In this document: piece by piece, positions 52,432 to 64,000 of the stretch
How the letters are laid out: every line of letters starts with the position of its first letter
Numbering within the stretch: position 1 is the first letter of the stretch
Assembly: GCA_951406725.2 (NCBI GenBank)
Contig: OX597819.1
Location: 38,688,001 to 38,752,000 of the forward strand
Direction: 5' to 3'
Source: Octopus vulgaris
Lineage: Eukaryota
DNA length: 64,000 nucleotides
Position numbers and translations under genes: made by a program
Notes under the pieces: generated by a model
Told to the model about the DNA's origin: nothing
Seen by the model: only the letters and a program-made list of their open reading frames with translations
Database searches by the model: none

Positions 52432-53967
52432 TGTATATATGTGCATATATACATTCATATATATATATATATATATGAGATAAAAATAAAAGACTGATGA
52501 GAAAAGAAAGTGAGGGAAAAAGAACAGCTAAAACAAAGAAATATCCTCTATATGAAACAATATAATTATAGAGATTGAATGTAAACTTCAATAACTGTTG
52601 ATTAGAGCCTATCATCCATAGTCTCAACCGTAAATGGAGACCAATAGTTTGAGATTCTAAATCTTTCATGTCTTTGATATGAATATCGATGCAAAACTTT
52701 TTTTAAAATTTTAATTGAATATTGAATATAATGAAAGTAAAGCAAAATAAAATAATAGATAAATATTTGTCTATGTATGTATATCGTTATTTAGCTTTAC
52801 TTCAAGATTTCATGCCAGTAGAGAAAGAGCCAGTTTCTAACCTGGATCCAAGGCTCCTTTATTGGAATTTCAACATCAACAGTGTGTGTGTGTGTGTGTA
52901 TGCATTCATGCATGTATGTAAATGTGTAGATTTGTATATTTTGTTTTATGTATGTATCCTCATGCATATAGCTGCATGTTTAGACATGTTCATATATAAT
53001 TAAATGACAAACTTCTCTGAAAGTTTTACAGATTTTTATAGTTCCAGTGATGGCTTGGATCTGTAGTCTTCAAATGCATGTATGCATGTATGTATGCATG
53101 CATTCATACATACATGCATACATGCATATAGTATGTATGTATGTAGTATGTAGTATATATGTATGTATGTATGTATGTATGCATGCATGCATACATACAT
53201 GCATATGTATGTAGTATGTATGTATGTATGTATGTATGTATGTATGTATGTATGTACGTATGTATGTATGTATGTATGTATGTATGTATGTATGTATCTG
53301 GCCAGCCCCAAGGAAAAACTAAGCTAAGAGCATTAGATTCCTTGAAAGAAAGCAGCGAATGTATACAAAAACAAGAATGGAAAAAAATGGACAATGTTAC
53401 ACAAATACAATAAAAATACTAACAGGATATAACAACAGGTGTCTTTCGACTAAGGACAAATTGAATTATGATGGCATGTGTGGAAATGAAGCCTTACGGC
53501 AGAGATACATGATTTCACAAACACAGAGAGAAATGTATGTGTGTATGCATGCATGCATAAACTTGCATTCATGCAGTGAATGTAATATTACTTTAGTATA
53601 GAAGTGTGATCATGCTTCATTTAGTACAGATGCGTGTGTGTGTGTGTGTGTACATTCCATTTGTACACATGATTTTGTGCTTATGCTCAATCCAGGAACT
53701 TCATCTGCAAAATCCCTGGAATGTTTTACAAATATTCACTGTTTCTCTATTTGGTTGTATTTGGAGAATGCAAATCAGTTTGCTTTGTTCCTTTTAGGAG
53801 GAACTCAATACATGTGTATATTTGTATGCAGGTATGCAAGTGTATATTTATGCATGTGTAGTTTATGAATGTGTATGCTTTGTTGTACATCTGTAAATAT
53901 TTGCAACCACAAAATACTGAGTTTGGGCAAATGTCTTTTACTACAGTCTGAAATCAACCGAAGCCTT

Positions 53968-55313
53968 ACAAATTCAGTAGATGGATCGCAGTGAATTAGT
54001 AAATGGATCACAGTGAACTAGTAGATGGATCACAGTGAGCTAGAAGATGGATTGCAGTGAACTAGTAGGTGGACCACAGTGAACTAGATGGATTGCAATG
54101 AATTAGTAAATGGATCACAGTGAACTAGTGGGTGGATCACAGTGAACTAGTAGATGGACCACAGTGAACTAGTAGGTGGACCACAGTGAACTAGTACATG
54201 GATCACAGTGAGCTAGTAGATGGATCACAGTGAACTAGTAGATGGATCACAGTGAACTAGAAGATGGGTCACAGTGAGCTAGTAGATGGATCACAGTGAG
54301 CTAGTAGGTGGACCACAGTGAACTAGTAGATGGATCGCAGTGAGCTAGTAGATGGATCACAGTGAACTAGTAGATGGATCGCAGTGAGCTAGTGGATGGA
54401 TCACAATGGGCTAGTAAATGGATCACAGTGAACTAGTAGATGGATCACAGTGAGCTAGTAGATGGATCACAGTGAACTAGTAGATGGATCGCAGTGAGCT
54501 AGTAGATGGATCACAGTGAACTAGTAGGTGGACCACAGTGAACTAGTAGATGGTACGCAGTGAGCTAGTAGATGGATCGCAGTGAACTACTAGATGGATC
54601 GCAGTGAACTAGTAGGTGGACCACAGTGAACTAGTAGATGGATCACAGTGAGCTAGTAGATGGATCACAGTGAACTAGTAGATGGATTGCAGTGAACTAG
54701 TAGATGGATCACAGTGAACTAGTGGGTGGATCACAGTGAACTAGTAGATGGATCGCAGTGAACTAGTAGGTGGATCGCAGTGAACTAGTGGGTGGATCAC
54801 AGTGAACTAGTAGGTGGATCGCAGTGGACTAGTAGATGGATCGCAGTGAACTAGTGGGTGGATCATGGTGAGCTAGTAAATGGATCACGGTGAACTAGTT
54901 GATGGATCACAGTGAACTAGTAGGTGGACCACAGTGAACTAGTAGATGGATTGCAGTGAACTAGTAGATGGATTGCAGTGAACTAGTAGATGGATCACAG
55001 TGAACTAGTAGATAGATTGCAGTGAACTAGTAGATGGATCACAGTGAACTAGTGGGTGGATCGCAGTGAACTAGTAGATAGATCGCAGTGGACTAGTAGA
55101 TGGATCGCAGTGAACTAGTAGATGGATCATAGTGAACTAGTAGATGGATCCCAGTGAAGTAGTAGATGGAACACAGTGAGCTAGTAGATAGATCGCAGTG
55201 AACTTGTAGGTGGACCACAGTGAACTAGTAGATAGATTGCAGAGATGGATTTTTGCAAAGATGGATCTCAATTAGTAGATAGATCACAAATTCAGTAGAT
55301 GGATCACAGTGAA
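53968..55313. repeat. 22-bp minisatellite, roughly 55-60 units, consensus gatggatcacagtgaactagta
   Basis: Period of 22 checked at 54241/54263; variant units ggtggaccac, gatggatcgc and gagct. Confidence 0.97.
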
Positions 55314-55424
55314 ATTACAGATACAATTGATCAATTGTATCTGTAATTTAAAAATCTAGTCTAGTCATATAGTCATGGTTCAGTCCATGAACTATGTTAA
55401 GGGTATGCGTGTCAATCTACCACC

Positions 55425-55845
55425 CAATCCAGTCCTTGTTGTGGTGTGGGGGTTTGTTTGAGAGTGTCAGTGAGCCTGAGAGGTATGCTAGTGGTGTACA
55501 AGCTCAAAGTAGAGTCTCCCATTCTGGACAGGTCAAAGGATGGAGGTCAGGATAATATGGTGGAGCATCTCTTCTCAAATGAAAAAATGGATTTGTGTAG
55601 GGCCTACAACCCTACGTAGAAAATAAAATTACATTAGTGACAGAATCACTGATGGCAATTCAAAACCAACAAGACCGGGAAATGGAAGGCTTTCTCTCAG
55701 AGAAAACATAAGATGTAGTGAAGCAAAATCTGAAAAGATACTGAGACAGAGATGAAAAAGCAGGGATCCAACTAGAAAGGAGTAGAAAAGAGGACCCAGA
55801 GTTGAGAACAGAGGAGAAAAGTTGCTCCATAGGGATTCATAACAT
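55425..55845 (+). mobile_element. Internally deleted RTE-like element (5' UTR-like part joined to a 3' end)
   Basis: ccttgttgtggtgtggggg, gtctcccattctggacaggtcaaagg and gggcctacaacccta resemble RTE 5' UTRs as I recall them. Confidence 0.45.
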
Positions 55846-56505
55846 CATCTTCATCATCATCGTTATTTAAAATCTGGTTTCCATGCTGGATAAGGAAAAA
55901 AAGAGTGCATTTTTGTTTTTTACCAAAAAAAAAAATCAACATTTATCGACAGCTCAGGTAAGATATGGATGGTCAAAGTTGGAGAGCTGCACCAGGCTCT
56001 AGTCTGTTTTGGTTTGGTTTTTATGGCTAGATGCCCTTCCTAACACCAACCCCTCCACAGAGTGTACTGAGTGTCTTTTATGAGTTACCATCATGGGTGG
56101 TTTTTATGTGTCCCTGGCACTTCAGCAGAATACTCAGCTACCTTTTGACTATTCAGGCATGCCATGTCCACCGGTCATCATCATCATCATCATCATCATC
56201 GTTTAACGTCCGTTTTCTGTGCTAGCATGGGTTGGACGGTTTGACCGGGGTCTGGGAAGCCAGGAAGCTGCACCAGGCTCCAGTCTGATATGGCAGTGTT
56301 TCTACAGCTGGATGCCCTTCCTAATGCCAACCACTCATTGAGTGTAGTGGGTGCTTTTTACATGCCACCAGCACAGTTGCCAGGGGAGGCTGGCAATGGC
56401 TACGATCAGTTGGTGCTTTTTATGTGCCACCAGCACAGAAGCCAGTCAAGGTGGCACTGGCATCGGCCAGATTAGGATGGTGCTTTTTACGTGCCACCGG
56501 CACAG
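55845..56505 (-). mobile_element. Two adjacent RTE-type 3' tail copies (old ~55845-56115, young 56176-56505)
   Basis: (CAT)n followed by gtttaacgtccgttttc; three gtgctttt.acgtgccacc modules in the younger copy. Confidence 0.85.
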
Positions 56506-56840
56506 GTAGAATGTTCTGCTGGGTCAAAAGTAGGAGAGTTGAGAGCATGTCTACATTAGATTTATTCCATCGTCGTTTATCCATTTTCTAAATTCCCATT
56601 CACACTGTGTTTGAATTTAGAAATGCATTAGGAATTCATGTTCTTTGGTTATACTCTTGGATTTTATTTCTCCATACACATATTTGAAATATGCATGCAC
56701 ACACACACACAATACTATTTACTTCAGTAGTATCTATTTACACACGCTAAACACCACAGAGACCTTACACACACTCATGCTATTTTTTGACCAAAACTTG
56801 TACTTGAATTACATACACATGCACACATGAGCATGCGCGC

Positions 56841-56881
<41 letters not shown>

Positions 56882-57058
56882 TGCTATTCGCATTCAACCT
56901 TACAGCATTTATCTCATGCACACGCGCGCACACACATATACATACACACATGAATGATCAAACAGCCTTACACATTATACATTCAAACAACCCACAAAAA
57001 ACATTCGGCTACCGACATACACCCTCACATTCACATTAACACCATCCAATTTGCACAT

Positions 57059-57100
<42 letters not shown>

Positions 57101-57290
57101 CCAACCAAACATACACATGAATATGCCCTGCTCTAATCCTGTTACCATGTACATACTAACAGAAGCATCTACACACCTGCCAACACCTCCCTTCTAGCTC
57201 CATAGGCTGGCATTCCCCACTACTTATAGACTTACTTCTTTCCTCACCTGCTTCTCCACCATACCCAGTCATTATTATAAACTTTTTCAC

Positions 57291-57326
<36 letters not shown>

Positions 57327-57472
57327 TCTCTCTCCTTCTCTGTCTCTCAGTCCCACCCTCTGTTTTCCTTTCATCACCTTTTCTTTCAGAAGGTCTAACA
57401 CAGGGAAAGTCAACAACTGCTTTGTTCTATATCTTTGCAAGCTTTTAACTGTATTCTCTGTTGATTGGCTTT

Positions 57473-57515
<43 letters not shown>

Positions 57516-57827
57516 GTGCACACACAAGAGTAGATCCCTCTTCTGGTGATCTCTTGGAAGTGAAGCCATTTACATAACAATAACCATTTGTGTATATATG
57601 TATGTAGGTATGTATATATATATATATATACACACATACATACATGAACACATGACACTATAAAAATATAGATATTTATAAATACCAATCAAATATACTT
57701 TAGTCAACTTTGACTGACTGCCTGTCTGTCTCTCTCTTTCTCCTTCTTTCTTGATATAGATATATTTATTTATATATTTTTATATTTTATCTAGTTTCAG
57801 CTCACGAGCTGCGGCAATGATTTTACT

Positions 57828-58092
57828 TCACAAATGCTTTTTAGCAATTGCCATTTGGTGCATGAGAGAGTTTGATGCAACCGCCCTCATCTGCACCTCC
57901 TGCTGTGAAGTTGGTTCATCTGGGACACCTAACAGGAAGAGCTCCAGTTTTATTTTAAAGACATCTGCATCCACCCCATGCAGGTCTCTCAGGTCCTTCG
58001 GGAGGATATTGAAGAGCTGTAGACCTCTGAAGCCCAGGCTATCACAGTATCTTGTCCTACATCTTGATGGCAAATTTGGTATGCATGTCACT
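57828..58092 (-). mobile_element. CR1/Jockey-group LINE ORF2 C-terminal fragment
   Basis: SLGFRGLQLFNILPKDLRDL...FKIKLELFLLGVPDEP...SNSL. Confidence 0.75.
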
Positions 58093-58164
58093 TCTAATTT
58101 TTTTAAATATAATTCTTGCACTGAGGAGGGAACCAGTTTCTGTCTACATACATATATATGTAAG

Positions 58165-58545
58165 GGTACAGATGTAGCTGTGTGGTTAAGAAGCTCACTT
58201 CCTAATCCCATGTTCTTGGGTTCAGTCCCACTGAGTAGAACCTTGGGCAAGTGTTTTCTACTTGCCTCATGAGTGTATATGGTAGAGAGAAATTGAATTG
58301 AAAGAAGCCTGTTATTTGTTTACTACCCACAAGAGGCTAAACGTAGAGGGGACAAACAAGGACAGACAAACAGATTAAGTTGGTTATATCGACCCCAGTG
58401 CGTAACTGGTACTTAATTTATCGACCCTGAAAGGATGAAAGGCAAAGTCGACCTCGGCGGAATTTGAACTCAGAATGTAATGCCAGACAAAATATGGCTA
58501 CACATTTCGCCTGGCATGCTAACGTTTCTGCCAGCTCACTGCCTT
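58165..58545. mobile_element. SINE A 5' half (+, 58165-58312) interrupted by SINE B (-, 58314-58545)
   Basis: Family landmarks for both; gaattgaaagaagcctgtt occurs on both sides of the B copy. Confidence 0.85.
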
Positions 58546-58651
58546 TTGAAAGAATTGAAAGAAGCCTGTTGTCCAACCCATGCCAGCATCAAATATGGAG
58601 GTTAAATGACGGTGATGATGATACACACACACACACACACACATGCATAAA

Positions 58652-58837
58652 TGAGGGGGTTTTGAAAAGTTTCTGGCTTTGAGTAAAAGAAAATACAGGA
58701 GAATCAGTTCATTATGATTTTATGAACACTTATTGCAGTGCTCCTTCAGTTTCTAAGCCCTGGAACTTGGAAGGTTGGGCCTCCAACCAGGTCTTTCACA
58801 ATGCCCTTAAAGCCAGGAACTTTTCAGCACTTTCTTG
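58652..58837. mobile_element. Mariner-type MITE, 186 bp
   Basis: tgagggggttttgaaaagtttctggcttt versus the reverse-complemented right end caagaaagtgctgaaaagttcctggcttt; TA on the right. Confidence 0.75.
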
Positions 58838-58845
58838 TATATCTA

Positions 58846-58900
<55 letters not shown>

Positions 58901-59263
58901 ATATATATATATATGTATGTATATATAATAACAAAGGGTAAAATTAATTAATTAAGAAGTAATCAGTAATTTCACCAAGCAGAATTCGGCATGAAAAAGA
59001 CCATTTCATGGTAAGCTTAAGTAATATTTTATAAATAGGGTTCAGCAACGATATGCTTCACCACATATCGAAGTTTAGAAATAGCAGTCAAAAAATCTTA
59101 GCTATTCCTTCTACTTTAAAAGGGGCTCCCAGAAAAACTTTGGTATGTGGTGAAGCAAATCGTTGCTGAACCCTATTTATAGAGTATATATATATATATA
59201 TACACACATATACATATGTATGTACCTATATAACTGCTTGCCTGCCTACCTACCTATCTATTA

Positions 59264-59323
<60 letters not shown>

Positions 59324-59358
59324 CAGTGAAGAGGTTAGATTAATGCCAGAGTGTATGG

Positions 59359-59411
<53 letters not shown>

Positions 59412-60324
59412 TGGCTGTTGTTATATCCAATATCATAATGTATAGTTCATATATAGACATGCAGCAACATGTATTGATAATTACTAAGTAGATATCCCTC
59501 GGTGTATTTCCATATGCTGAAGTATTGCAGCCAATATCCATGTTATAAATATCATATCCTATTACCTTGCTTTATATAAACCACTCAATATTTGTATTGT
59601 ATGTAATGGCCACAGATTTTTCTTTGCCGCTAAGTGGTCTATTTTCTTACTTCTGTCTTGCTTTATGTGTATGTGTGCATGTGTGAGTGTGTGTATGTGT
59701 GTGTGTGTGTGTGTGTGCGTGTGTGTGTGTGTGTGTGTGTGCGTGTGCACATTTATGATATTTCTTCTAGTTTGTTTCTGATTTTATTGAGACATTTTGT
59801 TATTTTTGCAATCATTAAATCTTTTTTTGTATCTTTCTTTCCTTGTCAATATTTTTCTACCTTTTTTCCAAAATGGCCACCCATGAAAGGGAGAGGCAGA
59901 GACAGAAACGGAGACAGGGAGACGGACAGAGAGAGTGAGTAGAGAGACAGAGAGGGAGTTAGAGTGAGTAAATGGAGAGATGTAATGTCTTCGACCCTGA
60001 TCTAAGTAGATAAAAAACTAGATCAAAAGGTTTCCATCCCACTGCTACAAGTATAATTGCTATTGGTTTGAGATATGCCTGCCACACATCAAAGTCAAAT
60101 GAGAATTGACTGGGTGACTTGCAAATTCCATCCATTGAAAATATGATACGGATTTTCCAATACATAAAATATTCAGATTTGTTCAAGTAGAATTTAAAAA
60201 AAAAGAAACGGAAAGAAAAAATCCCTAATTTTGTTTATTACAATATTTCTTATCCGTTGAAGCCTTTCACATTTCTCACATCAAGAACTCTAAGTACCAT
60301 TCTCTCATGACTAAACTAACTGGC

Positions 60325-60625
60325 ACTCTGTCAATTACGACAACCAGGGTTCTATTTGATTCAATCAATGGAACAGCCTGCTCATGAAATTAACATGCAA
60401 GTGGTTGAGAATGCTACAGACATGCATATCCTTGATGTAGTTCTCAGGGAGATTCAGCATGACAAGGAATATGACAAGACTGGCCCTTTGTATAACATGT
60501 ACAACTGGTTTTTCCCAACTGAGTGGACTGGAACAACATGAAATAAAATGTCTTGCTCAAGGATACAACTCATGACCTTACAATCATGAGCTGGATACTC
60601 TAACCACTAAGCCACAAACCTTCAT
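60325..60625 (-). mobile_element. SINE family D-related copy
   Basis: taaccactaagcca head and CORE-like body; tail shared with 20563-20750. Confidence 0.75.
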
Positions 60626-60765
60626 TAGACTGTAACTAGAATAAAGTCCCTAATGATAAAGTGACATTGTAATGATGTGTGTCATGTTTTTTTTTTTTGT
60701 GATGTAACAATTCAGTTTTAGTGAAAACAAAATCAATGTGGTTGTAGTTGTTTGTTCAAAATCAA

Positions 60766-61048
60766 TGTGCCTGGCTCATAAGGGCAGATTTCCCGGTTTC
60801 TTGGCATATAGCTTCCCCACCTGGACGGGACGCTGGTCCGTTGCAGGTGAGCTGCAAGATGCAGGAGGAAAGAGTGAGAGAAAGTTGTGGTGAAAGAGTC
60901 AGCAGAAGTTTCGTCATTACCTTCTGCCGGAGCCGCATGGAGCTTAGGTGTTTCGCTCATAAACAGACACATCGTCTGGTCTGAGATTTGAACCCATGAT
61001 CCCTCGACTGAGCGTCCGCTGCTCTAACCACTAGGCCATGTGCCTCCA
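60766..61048 (-). mobile_element. Chimeric SINE: family-C head and body with a family-D-like tail
   Basis: gagtgagagaaagttgtggtgaaagagt as in family C; tail similar to 61066-61148. Confidence 0.8.
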
Positions 61049-61051
61049 AAC

Positions 61052-61299
61052 TGTGCCCTTTTAAAGCCTAGCCAGGCTCATGAGACCGGTTTCTCGGTTT
61101 CAATGGTGTATGTTTTCCCCAGCTGGATGGGACGCCAGTCCATTGCAGTGTTACTCATTTTTGCCAGCTGAGTGGACTGGAGCAACGTGAAATGAAGTGT
61201 TTTGCTCAAGAACACAACATGTCGCCCAGTCCAGGAATCGAAACCACAATCTTACGATCATGATGCTGACACCCTAACCACTTAGCTACGTGCCTCCAC
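61052..61299 (-). mobile_element. SINE family D, full length
   Basis: tRNA-like head (ggtttcgattcc), CORE-like block, then an atggactggcgtcccatccag block. Confidence 0.88.
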
Positions 61300-61519
61300 A
61301 ATGTGGTAGTAATCCATCTCCCAGCTGAACCAAGTAAACCATGTTTCCATTGGTGTTTTATCAAAATTATTGTTACATAATGCTGGATGCAACTTCTGAG
61401 TGTAGGGTCGTCATTTTTCAGAGATGGAGTGGAATTTGAACTAGAATGAACAGAACAGGAAGAGATACTGCAACTTCCACTTATTCACCACTTTGGACTC
61501 ATAAATATTTTTTAATAAC

Positions 61520-62075
61520 CATGCAAGGACGAAAAACAAAGTTGACCTTGGTCTGATTTGAACTCAGGAAGCAGGGTGTCCAAACAAATACCATGAAACC
61601 TTCTGTTCAACTCTCTTATGACTCTGCCAATGTACCAGGACTACTTATAATCCTTTCTACTTTTGGTGCAAGGCCAGAAATTTGGGGAGAAATTTGGAGT
61701 AGTTGGTTACATTGACCCCAGTACTCAACTGGTATTTATTTTGACCCCAAAAGGGTGAAAGGCAAAAACAACCTTAGCAGTATTTGAACTCACAAAGTAA
61801 AGCATTCAGAAGAAATTCCACAAACCTTCCATGTTACCCTCTTCCTCCTCTTTAATAATTCTTTCAAATTTTGGCACTGTGCCAGAAATTTCAAGGGGAG
61901 ATGAAAATCGATTACACCAACCCCACTATTCAACTGGGTCTTATTTCATTAACCCTGAAAATACGAAAGGCATAATTGACTGTAGCAGTATTTGAACCCA
62001 GAGCATAAAGATGGACAAAATGCTACTGAGCAGTTTGCTCAGCATGCTAAGGATTATGTCAATCTCACTACCTTG
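61520..62075 (-). mobile_element. Cluster of three decayed SINE B copies
   Basis: Repeated gaaaggca...tttgaac.cag landmarks at ~61530, ~61760 and ~61965. Confidence 0.65.
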
Positions 62076-62111
62076 CTAGGATTACAAATAATATCAATTC
62101 CTTTCACATTA

Positions 62112-62458
62112 TCTTTATATATATAAATGGTAAAATGCCTGTGTGTGTGTCCTTTATACAAATCTACAATGTTTCAGTTAAAGGGCTCGCACTTTCTATG
62201 ATCATTCAAAACCGTCCAAAGGTGGTTGTGCACATCTTTACATTTCCCCAGTCACCCTGCAAAGCCATTAAAATATCAATAGAAGTGAATTTTTTGTGAA
62301 TTTTCTATCCAAAACCAAATCAAAATGCCTGAAACTTGATACACAAATTTAATGCCAGCTAGCTGTATGTGATTGGTTAGAGATTTGGACAGTACTTGCG
62401 TGTATGTGCGCACACATGCAGCTGTATATGACCCAGCAACGCCGGGTCATAGTGCTAG
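62112..62458 (+). mobile_element. Non-autonomous Helitron
   Basis: A|TC start; hairpin tatgacccagc-aac-gccgggtcata (62427-62451); CTAG|T end; no TSD. Confidence 0.8.
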
Positions 62459-63061
62459 TTTATAATAATTTCCATAAATTTCTTTTTTTCTCACCTAAAT
62501 TTCAGTCTTAAATAAGAGACATATGCCTCACATTGACCAAGATGCTCTTCAACACTTACTTTCCATTTTTTCTAAATCAAAGATATTTTCCTTCATTCCT
62601 AGACCATTCTTCTATAAATTCTTCAGGCCAGGACACATTTTGCTTCTAACATATCACTTAAATACTTCTCTTTTTGCCTGGTTTTGACTCATGTCTAACA
62701 TCTGCTCTTGGCTCATACTGCTAGCTAAAGTTGAGCAGCTGTTATTGTTGTTGACATCTTTGTTATTAATTATCATTTAAGTTTGAATTTTCACCAATTT
62801 TTTTCTTCCTTTAAGTTTCTAAAATTTAAACTTTGTTTTTATATCTATTACTTGTAATGGCTGACTGGCTATGGAGTTCCCTTTGTGACCATGTGGTTTT
62901 GGGTTTAGTCCCAGGACGCAAAATCTTGGACAAGTGTATTTTACTTATTGCTCCAGGTCAAACAAATGTTATGAATAAATTTGGTAAACTGAAACTGTGT
63001 GGAAGTCTATCATACATACACACATACATACATATATTGTGTGCATGTGTAAACATATGTA

Positions 63062-63450
63062 TGAGTGGATGTTGTCAAAGAAGCTTGAGAGGTGGTTGGA
63101 TGGAACTTACACTCACCTCCTTATGAGAGCTCAAAATCTCTCGTGGAAGCGTCATCCAACCAAAATCCAAATATATGGGAAACTACCACCTGTATCATCT
63201 GTTGTGAAAGGTAGAAGAGTCCAGTTTGCTGGACATTGTTGTAGAGCTGAAAACGAAGTCATTTCTACTCTTCTCCTCTGGAAGCCATCTGCTCGCGATA
63301 CCAGAGGACGCACACTCTCCTACCCTGATGTAATCTCCATGGATACAGGCATCCAGCAACAGGACCTCCGTAATGTTATGATGGACCATGAAGTCTGGCG
63401 TAACATAGTAAATTCCATTGTCTCAACCACGGTCGAACAATGATGATGAT
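63062..63450 (+). mobile_element. 5'-truncated RTE-clade LINE, different family
   Basis: WMLSKKLERWLDGTYTHLL...RRVQFAGHCCRAENEVISTLLLWKP...MMDHEVWR, then a stop and a (TGA)n tail. Confidence 0.85.
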
Positions 63451-63659
63451 GGGCACTCCAACTATTGATCAATGATGTGCCATCCATGGGTTAAACACTG
63501 ACCAGCAATGGCTCACAAATACTTTAATCGTTGATCAAAGACATTCAGTCAATGGAATGGAGATAATTTATCCAAAGATCAGAGATAATTTATCCAAAGA
63601 TCAGAGATATCTTAACCATTGATTAAAGATACTCCAGTCATGGATCAATGGCTTTGTGT

Positions 63660-63828
63660 CCCATTCTCACTATTTGACAACTAGTGTTTGTTTGTTTACA
63701 TCCCCATAAATTAGCAGTTTGGCAGAATAGAGAGAAAGAGATACAATAAGTACCAAACTGGAAAAGTAAATACTGGGTAGATAGTGGCCTCAACATGACC
63801 ACTGTCCAATGACTGAAGCAAGTAAAAA
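63660..63828 (+). mobile_element. SINE family A 3' half, diverged
   Basis: ttgacaactagtg..tttgtttacatcccc...aatgactgaagcaagtaaaa. Confidence 0.7.
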
Positions 63829-64000
63829 ACAATTTGGGTGGGAGTGCCATAATCACGGTTACCATTATAATATCTCCTCCCACTTCTACAGTGATGACTA
63901 TATTGAACAAAAACAACAACAAAAAAAAACAAAGCAAAATGGATATTTGCAGAAAAAATGTCTTATTATGATTCTTCTTTTCTAGCTCAGGTAACTGGGT

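Noticed and set aside
52785-53530. Hammerhead-like GAAA segments in short repeats among microsatellites
   Set aside because: No CTGANGA box could be found; probably repeat fragments, left unclassified.
53968-55313. CRISPR array
   Set aside because: Head-to-tail 22-bp units with no unique spacers, no cas genes, and a eukaryotic context.
63986-63990. 5-nt microexon (ttcttttctag CTCAG gtaact)
   Set aside because: At the window edge, frame-shifting length and non-optimal donor; cannot be supported without RNA data.

Overview
AT-rich eukaryotic DNA with no intact host protein-coding gene. It looks intronic or intergenic and is saturated with microsatellites and transposon relics. The repeat families look like those I associate with octopus genomes, but that assignment is recall and unverified. 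Nearly all listed ORFs are microsatellite translations or decayed transposase/RT pieces. Retroelements: about four tRNA-derived SINE families (labelled A-D here) and many RTE-clade LINE fragments, including a 5'-truncated RT with a C4HC3 PHD-type finger inserted inside it. DNA transposons: Tc1/mariner relics (DD41D-type, DD37D-type, mariner, pogo/Tigger), hAT-, Merlin- and piggyBac-like MITEs, a Helitron and a Helentron-like element. There is also a 22-bp minisatellite that appears to have grown out of a SINE. The most notable object is a 534-bp spacerless palindromic insertion (11616-12149) with a 13-bp target-site duplication (TSD). Its unit joins a tRNA-like B-box segment, an (AAT)n tract and a minimal type I hammerhead ribozyme with an intact core, so it is a candidate Pol III-driven, Penelope-mobilised ribozyme SINE. 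Further decayed hammerhead-like motifs and short inverted duplications occur elsewhere. All coordinates were read by eye, and the ends of decayed repeats are approximate.
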